DNA of 64,000 nucleotides from Lytechinus pictus (Eukaryota). Below are positions 40,908 through 53,554 of this stretch, one piece after another (the stretch's first letter is position 1; each line of letters opens with the position of its first letter). The DNA lies in the NCBI RefSeq assembly GCF_037042905.1, contig NC_087246.1, positions 35,650,001 to 35,714,000 on the forward strand, in the 5' to 3' direction. The notes under the pieces are model-generated. The model ran no database searches, was not told the origin of the DNA, and saw only the letters and a list, made by a program, of their open reading frames with translations. The position numbers and the translations under genes were made by a program.

Positions 40908-41815
40908 CTGAAGAAGAAAAAAGAAGAAGAATAGTTTACTTAAATTCGTTCTACAGCGCAATAATCATCTTATTTTTGTCTATTTTTCGGAAACAGGCCC
41001 AAATGATTATTTGGTATAACTATTTGCTAAATGGGATTTATTTGCAATTTACACTTATATATTTACACGTCGCTAGAGACAAGGTGGTAAGTAATTTGCA
41101 CTGCAGTCGCGGGGACGATGCTGCAAATTCTCCGAGTAGTCGCTATGCCTCATCGGAGTTTTTTCGTAGTTAAAGCTAAGTCCCAAAAATGTTTTTGAGA
41201 CATCACAGCGACTACTTGGAGACTTTGTAGCGATATCCCCGTTTCCGTCGGGCAAATCGCTTGTCAGCTTGTTTCGAGACGTCTCCGAGATGTCGAAGAG
41301 ACATGCATGCCTTTGTTTTGAACGACAAAACCATTTTTAAAGTTGGAGACTGAAGTACCTGAGATGTCGCAGAGGTGATCGTCGCGCGTGATCCTTTCCG
41401 GCAAAGCGTCATCGAATAGAGTACTGATGATGGTCACTGCTCGTGATGTCACTTAATCTTTGGAGAGGATCAGGGGACCGTTTCATGAAAGTTGTAAGCA
41501 CTGACAAGTTGTCTTTCTCCGACAGTTACCATAGTAACAGTCAGAGCCAGTGCCTTTCAGCCAATCAAAACCAAGGATTTCACTTAAATTGTCAGCACTG
41601 ACAACTTTCATGAAACACCCACTAGATTGTACAGCATCATCGAATAATACTGGAGCCTTACACTCACAAAGGCCGGGAACGACCAACACATCATCTTTTT
41701 TTTAATCATCCAACGCTTGATTATTTCCATTAACTCGAAGTGACTTGGAGAGAGTGTAATACTTTGGTATCGAGGTATCCTTGAGATTTAATGTGCTAAT
41801 TAAGATAATTATAGC

Positions 41816-41939
41816 CATGGGCGGAAATCTCTCCTTAAAGGTAGGGGGGACACAATTGAGTTTTCCGTGTTTATGTTCTACAGAATTACTAACTCAAACA
41901 CACACACATACATATGTATATATATATATATAACCAAAG

Positions 41940-41978
<39 letters not shown>

Positions 41979-44009
41979 TTATAGCCATTTTTCGAAGAGG
42001 GTATATTCCTAACTAAAGACGAAAGGCCTCAATAAATAATGCGAGCGCGAAGCGCGAGCCCAAATATGTTGATATTTCATAAATTGTGACCTGGAAATTG
42101 AACATTCTGAATATTTGTTGTGATCATGAACTAAATTCGAACCTACCTAAACCATTAATGCGAGCGCGAAGCGCGAGCTGAAAGTTGTTGGTTTTCCAAC
42201 CTAAAAACTAGACATTCGTAACACTTTTTCAAATCATAAACAGGATAGGAATCTAATAAAATAATGCTAGATCGAAGCGCTAGCTGAAGGTTTTCGATTT
42301 TCCAACCCATAAACTGGACATTCGTAACATGTTTTCAAATCATGAACAGGATAGGAATTTAACTAAATAATAGATGCGAGCGCGAACTGAAAATTGTTGA
42401 TTTTCCAACCTAAATACTGGACATTCATAGCACTTTAAAAAGAATATGAACAGAATATGAATCTAAACAATTAATGTGAGCGCGAAGCGGGAGCTGGAAG
42501 TTTTTGGATTTTCCAACCTAAATACTAAACATTCTTAGTACTTAAAAAAAAGTATGAACAGGATAGGAATCTAAACAATTAATGCGAGCACGAAGTAAGA
42601 GGTGAAAGTTTGTATTCTCCAACCTAATAACTGGACAATCGTCACACTTTTTCATATCATGAACATGATAAGAATTGTACTAAACAATATTAGATTCGAG
42701 CCCGAAGTGTGTGCTGAAGATATGTCATTTCCGGCCTACAAATTTGTATTATTAGCATATTTTAAAATCAATGACAGGGTAGCTATCTAACACAATTTTA
42801 ATTTGTGTGAGCGCGAAGCGTATCCTGTTTTTTTTTCCGACCAAAAAAAGTCATCTTCTTTTCACCTTATAGCAATAAACGGGATAGTATCTGACTTAAC
42901 CATATTACTGATGCGAGCGTGAAGCAAAAAATGATTTTTTTTATATTCAGATCTGAAAACTGGATCTTTCAAGCAATTTTGAAATAAAGAACAAGCAGTT
43001 TATCTCAATAAGCAATGCGAGCGCAAAGCGCGAGCTAATTTTTTTTTAGATTTTAACCTACAAATTATGAAAAAGATGGATATCTTCCTAAATAAATGAT
43101 TTGATTTTATATATTTCGATCTAAAAAGTGAAAAAAAATTACCACGTTTTGAAATAAAGAGATGGCTGTGTATTGATGCAAAGCGCGAGCAAATTCTTTA
43201 TTTTTATACTATGACCTGAAAGTTTTCTTTTTTTCCACTTATTCCCCTCCCCTTCCATCATTTAATTTTCTTCCTCGTCCTATCTTCTTATTTTTTCTCC
43301 TCACCTTCCTATTTTGCACCGCCAATAGGGGGCGGACCGCCGCTTCGCCCCCTTGATCTACCTATGATGACCCTCCCGCGGCAGGAATTTTGTGTAAAAA
43401 TGGAATATAAAAGTCTCGTTAATAGAGTATTCAAAAACAAATTTTGGGGGATTAGACATAGTTAAAATTCACTGCGAAGGATTATTCATAACTGATGAAA
43501 ACTATTCTTTTTACTGAGTACGCGAACAATGAAAATATTATTATATTCCAAGTAAATTTGGAATAAAGGGAAAATGAATTGGTTAAACAAAGATATGTTT
43601 TTACGGGTTATGGAACATTATCGTCTACCATCTATGCACTAAATTTACTTATAAGCGTCCAGAGGCGATTTTCTTTTTTCGTCATTTTTATTAGTTATGA
43701 AATTGACAATGGCCATCGATGTCATCAATGTCATCACTCTTTGGCTGGCATATAGGGCTAGATGCGAGTACGAGAATAGTCGGGCCGGTATGCCTTTTGT
43801 TTTCCTATCCAAGTTCTTGACAAAAACTATCTGTTTACATATATTTCGAAATTCGAGGATACATGTGTATAATTTCGATTTTGAATTATATATTTTTTTC
43901 CATAATAAAAGACCACAAATAGTAGGGGGGACATTTGATATTATGTCCCCCCCTTTCCAAAATGGTAGGGGGACGCGTCCCCCCTGTCCCCCTGGGATTT
44001 CCGCCCATG
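41816..44009. mobile_element. Non-autonomous hAT-type element (~2.2 kb) with internal ~100-120-bp tandem array
   Basis: Perfect 14-bp TIR CATGGGCGGAAATC / GATTTCCGCCCATG and perfect 8-bp TSD ATTATAGC (41808-41815, 44010-44017). Units with GCGAGCGCGAAGCGCGAGC repeat from ~42040 to ~43200. Confidence 0.85.
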
Positions 44010-45861
44010 ATTATAGCGTTTGAATGTCTACTACCAATTTGACTTAAAGACTGTCTATAACCCCTTTCCATGCCTACCATACATTCTGCGATACGAGTGC
44101 GACTATTTTCATTCGTAATAGTTCCAAGAGATTGTTTTGGCTGAAGAGATAAGCTATTAAAATCTATGTACGTTTATTCGATTGATACTATTGTTTCTAA
44201 AAAGTAATATACCGCTTTTATGTCATCTAGAGCATGATGTGCTGTGCCCTCTGCACGAAACATGATCTTTGCGTTGACGACACACACATGGCATTAAAAC
44301 GCACACCCACACACACTGGTATTGACAAGACTCTTGACGCTGTCCCTATCTAGCTCATGCTCTCATTCTTTCTCCCTTTTTTACCGTTCAAACTTACACG
44401 AATATTGTATAGATTTTCAAACACATAGTGAGTTACACTGTTTGGTAACTATATAAGCTTCAAGTTTAAAATTACAAGTTAGATGGGAAAAAAATAATCA
44501 TAAAGATACATGAATATTTGAAATCTTCAATTTCTGCATGTAAATATACAGATGATGTGATGTAAATGCGCTATATCTTCATGTGCAATTATTCACAAAC
44601 AATCTAAATGTTAATATTTACTTCTGTATCAAAAGGAAATCACGAACAAAGTGTCATTTAGCGTAAAACACCTTAGTCAATTTCAAAATCGGAAAATTTA
44701 AACTCAATTTGAAATCACAATTCAGCCATCAATATTGTATGCTTGTGTGAAAATCAATATTCTAAGAACTCTCGCTTTTTAAATCGTAGTGCTTCTCCCG
44801 GTTTTTTTTTCTTCAGAGGTCATAGGCAGGGCCCGCTGGGAGAACAGTTTTCGGAACTGAAGTGGCTACCCTGGTGCCGTTATTATTATTATTATTATTA
44901 TTGTTATTATTTTAGACATACTCGGAATGAGTACGTTGCAAATTTCAGATTTTGATACTTGCTTGTGAAGTCGTTATAAAAGTCTATTTAGTACTCGGTC
45001 AAATCTACTTAACATTTGACCGTCTAAAGATGCTTCTGGATGTTTTCTGTCAAAATGCTCACACGTTTTTTGTTGTAACGAGTTTAAATTTGAGATGAAA
45101 GCATTTTATAATATAAGAGTTGAAGTGAATAATTATGTGAACATTCTCATTTTTTTCATATTGATTGTCTGGCAGGGCATCACGGGAATGAAAATGAGAC
45201 TTGCACATGATATCCATAGACTGATTTCCCGTTTCCTAAGACAAATTTCTCCAAAGATTGTGTTACTCACGACTTCATTCTTAGTCATCATGGTGTGTTT
45301 TAGGGGGATTAAGTCCACTTTGAAAACCTATTGAGTGACGATGTATGAAACGATGGAATGAGCATTGATTTCACCATGGCTTATCCAACTCTACCACCCC
45401 CTCTCCAATTTGATTTCCTAATTCATATGTCGAGTCACCAATCTCTTTCCCCCCGTTTTTCATTAAAGGGATACATTAAAAGGGTTTTTCATTAAAGCGC
45501 GAAGCGCGCTCGATTGCCAGATATACTGACCTAATAGAGACATTTTAAGGACTGTGCAATTAAAAGGGTATGTATCTCAATGACAAAATAATGCAAGCGC
45601 GAAGGGCGAGCTGGAATTTTTTATATGCAATCACTTTAAACAGTCACTACATAAAACAATTAACTCGAAGTGCGAAGAAATATATTTGCTGTACATGTAT
45701 ATTGACTTGAAAACGGGATGTTTTAGTACAAGATTGTATATCTAATTAAACAGACAATGTAAGCACCAGGAATGATGAACACATAGACCCTAAGCAAATT
45801 ATGTTTCTAAGGTTATGAAAAAATATTTCTTATGTAATATTATATAAAATATATTATAATA

Positions 45862-46128
45862 TAGGATTTGTATAGCGTACGTATCCACCTTGCTAGGTGC
45901 TCAAGGCGCTCCTATACTACCCCGGCTTAGCTATAGTCTACCAATTCAGGTGCTCACAGCTTTTTGAGGAATTACTTCCTGCCGGTCCCCATTTACCTCA
46001 CCTTGGTTGAGTGCAGCACAATGTGGGTTAATTTCTTGCTGAAGGAAAACACGCCATAGCTTGGAGTCGAACCCACGTCCTTCAGAATGAAAGACGAGAG
46101 TCTTAACCACTAGACCACGACACCCCCA
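45862..46128 (-). mobile_element. tRNA-derived SINE
   Basis: Minus-strand head GGGGTGTCGTGGTCTAGTGG (A box) ... GGTTCGACTCC (B box); body CAACCAAGGTGAGGTAAATGGGGACCGGCAGGAAG; inserted in an (ATATA)n tract. Confidence 0.75.
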
Positions 46129-46187
46129 CAACAATATAATATGATATAATATAATATAATACAATATCATTTCTTCTCCCCACTACG

Positions 46188-46218
<31 letters not shown>

Positions 46219-47897
46219 GGGGGGGGGGGGGCTTTCCCGCCCCGTAGTTATGCTACTCTCCATATATGTGTGTATAATATGTCTCCATTGTTATGAAAAT
46301 AGTTGAAGCAGTGAATATTAAATAAGTTGTTAATCCATTTTATATTTCTTAGAGGACAAAATTTGAATGAAAGTGGGGGATATGACATCATCAGTTTGCT
46401 CATTGAATTTTTTAATGAAGACAGGCATATTCTTTGAAATGTCATTACTTCGTTATTCCTTTTGATGACATTTTAAATTTTCATTTGTATGATTTTTTTT
46501 CTGTTCAAGTCATATTATTTATATTTTCACACCCACGCACATCTCCATTTCTGCTATTGATCATTAACATATCTGTAATTGCTCTCCCCTGTCGTTCTCT
46601 CTCTCTCTCCATCTCCCCCGCTACGTCACCCATGCCCATCACGCATCTTTTCTCCCACTGTCTCTCTCTCCCCCTCCCATCATCCCCCCTTCTTTCAAAA
46701 TCTCTCCTGGGTGGTGTTTCATAAAGCTGTTCGTAAAGTTACGCACAACTTTACGAACGACTGGAACATGTTCTTATACATAAATCAGCTACATAGGGAT
46801 ATATCATATAGCACAAGAAAGGGTCACCAGTCGTGCGTAAAGTCGTTCGTAACTTACGAACAGCTTTATGAAACGGGCCCCTGATCTCATGTGCATATTC
46901 GTGTACAGTCCAACGGTGTACACACCTACAAAAGCACTTCGTGGATAACGCATTATACAAGAAAAGAAACTGTCCCACGTGATTATATACATCACACTTT
47001 TTCAATTTATTGTATAAACAAAAAATAATAAACTAAGACAGGTATAAACATCATTCTAAACGTAAATTCTCCCTCGTTTCCCTCAATGGAGAAGCTCTTA
47101 AGATTGGAAATAAGTAAGCTTGCTGTGGAAAGTGTTAAAGCTCTTTCATTAAAACACTACGATGTCGATAATCTAATCTGGGTTTTAAATGTAAAAATCC
47201 AGTAAGAATTGATGTGCATGAATGGCATACAAGAATGTGTTTTCTTGGGAATGTAGAACACATCCCATTGTTTATAAATTCGTTGATAGGATGCTTTCGC
47301 CTCCACGAGATAGGATGCTTTCGCCTCCACGACACATGACGTATTCAAGAACATAGTAAATGTATTGGGAATGCGCGTCAAGTGACAATGAACAGCTGGG
47401 AAGCCTTTGTTGAGTGAACATTGGTGACCCGGAAGAACAGTTTCGTCCTAAGTTTTGGAGCTGACAAAAAATTGCAAATATTTTGTCGTTTGTCCAGAAT
47501 CCAGGACGAAACTGCCGTTTTGATTCGCAACTTTTCGACAAAGACTTCTTGGTTTATTCATTGTCATGAAAGACATTTGGCAATAATTTTATATGTTCTT
47601 GAAAACGTCGTGCGTCGTGCAGCGAAAACAGCCATTTATCTGTAAGGGAATGCCACATCTGAACAATTTGCCACCATATGCCTGTTTAACGTATGTCCAG
47701 GCGTTATATCGTTTACTCCCATCATAGTAATCCCTTCCATTTTCGTGAAGACCGCGTTAACGGAAGAGAGGCTACCTTGACTGTTCTGTGATCTTTTTCA
47801 ACTGCATTAAAGCATGTTAGGGAATCGGACTTCAACATTTTCTACATGCATAATATTAAGTTAAGTTGAACGAATGTGTATATCTCCGACACGAGTT

Positions 47898-47992
47898 TTA
47901 TATACCACGGCCACGAGGTGTTGCAGGAGGTTGTGGTCGCGGGGTGGGTGCAGGAGCAGCTGGAGGTCGTGGCCTGGCTCGGGCTCGTAGAG
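47898..47992 (-). CDS. Paralog B, last exon (Pro/Arg-rich tail)
   Basis: ctttag|CT; TLRARARPRPPAAPAPTPRPQPPATPRGRGI-TAA. Confidence 0.82.
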
Positions 47993-48598
47993 CTAAAGTA
48001 AGCAATATAATAATAAAAAAATATGAGGATTAATTCATGGCTTAAGAAGTACAAAATACCATTCAACAAACAAACAAAGCGGATTAATGAAAGAGAGTGG
48101 TAATTCCAATTCATATTTCGTCTGATACACAAATTGAAACAACGTAATTCTCGTAACCCAATTTTAACTTTGTGGTTTTGAAACCGATTTTGCAGGAAAT
48201 CCTTCTTCCTTGCGAAATGAATAACTTTTAAACTTAGAGAGTAATCGGAGAACTAATTCTCCATATCTTTCAATCCAGTTAAGCCCACCAATGGTGACCA
48301 ACAACATGCATGCACCAAAGCACATTTCACATTACATTTTGTTGTCGCCTACCACTTTGATCCATCCGATTTTTTTCTGTCCTTTGCAACCTCATTATGT
48401 CTATTCAGTATTTTAATTCACATATTTTCAGTTGTCTCCTTTGTGTATGTTTTCACATTGGACCATAATGCATGTGTTAAGTGCGTCAGTCACGTGCACA
48501 GTGAAATGCAAATCCACTTCATGTTCACTCTTAGAAGATCCATGGAAAAATTCGAGGATTATATATGGAATATATGCCCAAATATATGTAACACTCAC

Positions 48599-48895
48599 TT
48601 GAACAATAATCAACTGTTCGACCACTGCAAGCAGCATCGAAGCCCTGGCAAGGATCATGGATTGGAATTATTTGGTTCGCCTCTAGGTGACCGCCGACGA
48701 AGCACAACAGGCCGCTTCGAGATATCCCGTAGAGTTCCCGAAATGCATGTCGATCGTGGCGGCTGAAATCTTTCACCTTGTCGAATACCTCTTTCAGGAC
48801 CTTCCAATAGCACCTGCCATGCCCTTCATCCCACCTCTCTTTTTGATATATATAACAGTACTGACTGAAGCGGGCGCCTGGGTTGTGTCCTCCTC
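48599..48895 (-). CDS. Paralog B, six-cysteine domain exon
   Basis: tttcag|GA ... A|gtgagt, 297 nt, phase 1/1; GGGHNPGARFSQYCYIYQKERWDEGHGRCYWKVLKEVFDKVKDF...LC...DPCQGFDAACSGRTVDYCS. Confidence 0.85.
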
Positions 48896-50306
48896 CTGAA
48901 AATTTTAAAAGGGTAAACGGGGGTAAACATGGTAATCGAATGTTTATCACGTGATCATAGTACCAATAATGTATCAACGTTATTATGGAACTACTGCATT
49001 CAACAAAAAGTGATCGTCCACGCTCATCAGGTGTAAGAAAATTTCAAATGAGTGAAAGTCGGTCGGTATCTAAGTCTTTTCCACTTAGGCCTAGATCAAA
49101 TCACTTCTAGGTTGATTGAAAGACAACTGAAGTCAAGCTTACGATATTCAGGGATAAATTTAAAGTGTATTTACGGGTATTGTTACTTATCTGCCGAATG
49201 GTGTGCTCTTTGGGGGATCCGAAAACTAATTGTCAAAGCATTATCAATATGTTAATAAAAATTCACGATTTTTTTAATTCACCTACAAAATAAAATTGCG
49301 CAAAGCGGTACAGACCTACATTTTTTTTGTTTTATCTCGAAATGTTGTGTTATTAGGTTTTCACTTAATTTGTCAAATTTAGAATAAGAACATTGCATTA
49401 GACTTATGAGAGAAATAAATATAACCCATGTGAGATGTGTGTGCAATCATTAGGCCTACGGTTTATGACTTTCATGCGATCGAATTTCTTGACATTGATC
49501 GAATAGTGCATTTTACGTGGCTCTCAATGAAAGTAAAGTTAAGCAACTCACGGAATCCTAGCGCAAATGCATGGCGCAAAATTAAATGCAGTTTTAATTT
49601 AAGGTATTGAAAGTGACAAAATCTCTCTATGAAATACTGTGTTTACCCCAAAAAAAAAAAGAGGAAGGTATTTCATGGAGCTCCATAATAAATGAGATTT
49701 TAGCCAATCAGAGGCAACGATTTCAGCAGCTTATAGCAGGTGTCAGAGAAAAAAATACTACTGACAATGTTTATTCATATTATACCTGCTTACTACTTAG
49801 GCCAACTCAACTATGTCATAGTTGAATATAAACATGGATGATGAAACACAAAATATTACACAAAGTGAAGAGCAATATATATCCGAATTGTTATAAAAAT
49901 GACTTCATACTAAGAAGAAAAACCACTATAATACTAACAAAATAAACAATTGAATTCTGAAGTTGGCGTATAAGAATTGTTTATATTCGCCGGCGTGACA
50001 ACTTTCAAATGTTACAAAACTGTGTGCTATCATAAATTTCTGATTTTTTTTCCTAATTTCATTTGAAATTCCACCTTGTGGATTCACATAAAGTTTAATG
50101 GTTCGATCTTGGACCATGTTTCAGAAAATGTAGTATTTAAGTACAATTAATTGACGAGTATGCTCCTAACAAATCTTATTGCATGGTGTCCGTATCTAAT
50201 AACAGTAACTTGAAATTGAAGGTTTTTTTAATGAAACGTTGCCTTCTTTGTAAATTTGGTATAAGCTTCAGTAGGACAAGTTATTGAATGAAGAGAGACT
50301 AGTTAC

Positions 50307-50409
50307 CTCCAAACCCTCCATACATGCCATAGCCTCTGTGTCCGCCAAACCCCTGAGAAACACAGCAACCTATCATAACAGACAAGGAGACTCCAAGGAG
50401 AAGTCCTTT
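50307..50409 (-). CDS. Paralog B, signal peptide plus Gly/Tyr-rich exon
   Basis: tcacag|AAA ... G|gtaact; KGLLLGVSLSVMIGCCVSQGFGGHRGYGMYGGFG, phase 0/1. Confidence 0.8.
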
Positions 50410-51143
50410 CTGTGATGAAAAGACAAAATTGTTTTAGAATAAAAAGTTTATGATCGAGCATTTAAAAACATTCAAATCAATTTTGTTTTTTTTACAGTTG
50501 ATGCCTCCCACAAAACAAAATAATAACTAGGAATAGGGCAAGTCGTTTTATGAGGTAACTTCCTTACTTTTCTTGACAACACGAATGCCAAAGACCGACT
50601 AAACGATCTAGACCTGGTGGGTGTTTCATAAAGCTGTTCGTAAGTTAACATTTAAGAGCAACTTTAAGAACGACTGGTGAACATCTCTTACGCGCGAAGT
50701 AATCACCAATGAACATATCATTTACCACAAGAAAGGATCACCAGTCGTTCTTAAAGTCGCTCTTAACTTACGAACAGCTTTTTGAAACGGCCCTCTTGTA
50801 TACTATTTCAAATGACATCTTCCCGGACGGTTTGGGGTCTGACTCGTTTGCCCGACTGTGTAGTGTAAACTTGAACTTTTTATCTGTTCTTGATCTTACA
50901 ACAGTAGGTACAAATTTAAATCTTCGTATTCTGGTTGTTTAGCATGAAAGGCTTATGAGATAGTTTCAAAAGTCCGATAAGGTCCTTTCTTGAAAAAATA
51001 ATAATTTTGTAATGAATAACTAAGGGTAATCGAGTGAAACAGGCTCAGTATTATCATAAGTAACCGGATATCACAAATTTCTCCTTAATGGAGAATAAAA
51101 TGAAAGTGCTTGAAGCGCGTACAACAAATATCATCCCACTTAC

Positions 51144-51155
51144 CATTGTAGTCAT
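51144..51155 (-). CDS. Paralog B, 4-codon first coding exon (MTTM); protein 168 aa
   Basis: AAAATG ACT ACA ATG|gtaagt, phase 0, downstream of a TATA/Inr pair. Confidence 0.7.
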
Positions 51156-51219
51156 TTTGTAGTTTTACAAGGCTGGAAAATCAAAGAAGAAAATACTGTT
51201 GAACATTTTTCTCGAAACC

Positions 51220-51254
51220 AAGTGACATTCGCCCACATCGTATTAGTATTTATA
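51220..51254 (-). promoter_or_regulatory. Paralog B core promoter (TATA plus Inr)
   Basis: TATAAATA starts at 51254; the A of TCACTT is at 51223, 31 nt downstream. Confidence 0.65.
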
Positions 51255-53422
51255 CTCCCTTTCTCATTGTACAAATTTAATCCATCCATGTGTCACTATG
51301 GAACAAGCTCCACTTACATTCGTTCATGAATATTCCAAAAATAAAGTTTGGAATTTAACACCAAGTGACGATTAAAATATGATTATCACACAATATCATG
51401 TTTGAGTCTTTAAGGAACAGGATATGGCAAGTTGTTTTGTCTATAAAGTCTGGATGAACATTAGTTTTGAATCCTAACTACCAAAAATCTAGACTGTATC
51501 CCCCCTCCTCAATACGTCATGCGTCAACTGTTAACTTGCTCAAAACCAAAACTGAAACCCGACCCTTCTCAAGACAGTTTTCGATAAATAAATCACTTTT
51601 TGTAATGTATTTTGTCGAAACACAGGCTTTTATCAGTCTCCTTTATCACTTATTTATATAGTTTTGTTTGTGTCTTTAATCATGGTTACTGTTAAGCTGT
51701 TATGTATTATAAAGCGCATATGAGTATATCCACGTATAAAATGCGCAAAATTAGTGTACAATTATTATTATTGTAATCATTTTTTTTAAGAAAAAGCTTG
51801 AACAGTGTTTTTTTTTCAAGTATTCAAATGGGGCTTGAAAATTCTATGAAGAAAAATTATACTTATTGACCATGAAAACTAGTGTTAAGAATCCAAAATG
51901 GCCGCTAGCAGCCATTTTGAAAAAAAAAGTCATGTGTAATCTGTGCTAAAAAACTGTTATATCGATTTGGGGATTAAGGATATTGATTTGGGGTTTGAGG
52001 GATCAAGAAAATTGAAATTATGAAGCCATTTAACGAGTTGAAATAGTTGTAACCTTCTAATCAACCACAATCGAAAAAAAAATCAAAATAGCCACTGACG
52101 GCAACTTTTTTTTTTAGGAGGGACCATTCTTGTTCATTTGTGCTCATAGAGATGTTCAACAGATCGAGGGGGGGGGTGGAGTAGGGGCAAATGAATCAAA
52201 AGCTGCCATTTGAATTTGATTTTTCATAAAATTAATTAATCTCAATCGCAAGTGAGAAAAACTAATATTTAGTGATTTAATGTTTATAGTATGATACAGA
52301 TCTATCCAAAATATCGATTTTAGTGTGTCGGGGCTCAAAGAAATTAAAATCTTATTCAGAGTTATTTGACGAGTTAAGCTGGTTTTGACCTATGTATTCG
52401 AGATTAACATTCAAACAAAATCAACACTTAGACGTCATATTTCGATTTATTAAACTATTTTGAGCAGCTTTCTAGGCACAATCATAACCAAAAAGGACAT
52501 TTTCAAATTACCGGTCGGCGGCCATTTAGAATGTTAAGCTCTCTTGAAAAGGCATAACAGACCTTTACGCTCCAATGTCACAGAAGTGCCAAGACTTAAA
52601 TATAATATAAAAAACCGGGCTTGTAAATTCTGGACCCTCATATACATGTATGAGTAAAGTAAGGACAATTGCTAACATAGATAACGATTTTTTTTTTTGG
52701 AAAATCAAATGCACATTGTAGCAAAACAATAAGGGAACTGTGATATGTTGAGTAGAGGGGGGGGGGTGAGGGGTCTTCAAATGAACTGAATAAAGATTAA
52801 AGTTAGAACATCTGGGGTTTTAGACGAAATGACCGCTAGCAAAAATTAATATTAGACCAAATGGTTTATGGAAAGAGGGGCAATTAGACCAGATTGATAG
52901 TATAACAGGTGTAGGTAGCGGAAGGGGGCGGGGGCCTGGTGCCCAAAAGTTTAACGACCAATGAATTCAAAATAAGAGAAAGGACGAAGGAAAAGGGGGG
53001 AAAACAGAAATATGAAATATGATATCATCCGTTAAAGTCTATCACAAAATTTGATAGTCATCTAAAAGGCCAAAATTTTCTTTCGTTTGCTTCGGTCGAT
53101 CACATCTTTTAAGATTTTTTTTCCTACATACATACTCCATTTTGTGCCCCATCAAAACTGTAGGCTCCCTTCCCCACTTGTTAGAAGTTCTTCTATTGGG
53201 TCCACCTGCTATATAGTAGACCACACGACACACGAATAAAACCCAATCACACAGAGTTGACCTTATCAGATAATGTTCCACTTTCTATTTTTACAAATGT
53301 GCTTATAATTCATCAATACAAGTTGGCATTAATCCAGTGGTTATTTTCAGAAATAATTCAGCGGTTATATCACATCTCAATTACTAATCTGAATGGATTA
53401 GAGGTTACCCATTTTGGAAAGG

Positions 53423-53458
53423 TATAAGTAGAGTGAATAAGTGAGGGGTCACCACATT
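53423..53458 (+). promoter_or_regulatory. Paralog C core promoter (TATA-like plus Inr-like)
   Basis: GGTATAAGTA...GTGAGGGGTCACCACATT aligns with the paralog A promoter GGTATAAAT...GTGGGGATCACCATT. Confidence 0.55.
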
Positions 53459-53542
53459 GTTGTCGCGGTACAAGTGTACCAATCCTCTGGAGCTTTTATA
53501 ACAATACTTGCAGGATATCAGTCGATTCGAAGCAGCAACAGA

Positions 53543-53554
53543 ATGACAGCATCG
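53543..53554 (+). CDS. Paralog C, 4-codon first coding exon (MTAS); protein 160 aa
   Basis: AGAATG ACA GCA TCG|gtaagt, phase 0. Confidence 0.7.

Noticed and set aside
53497-53522. Alternative TATA (TATAAC) / Inr (TCAGT) for paralog C
   Set aside because: Spacing is only about 23 nt; the element at 53423 fits better and aligns with the A promoter.
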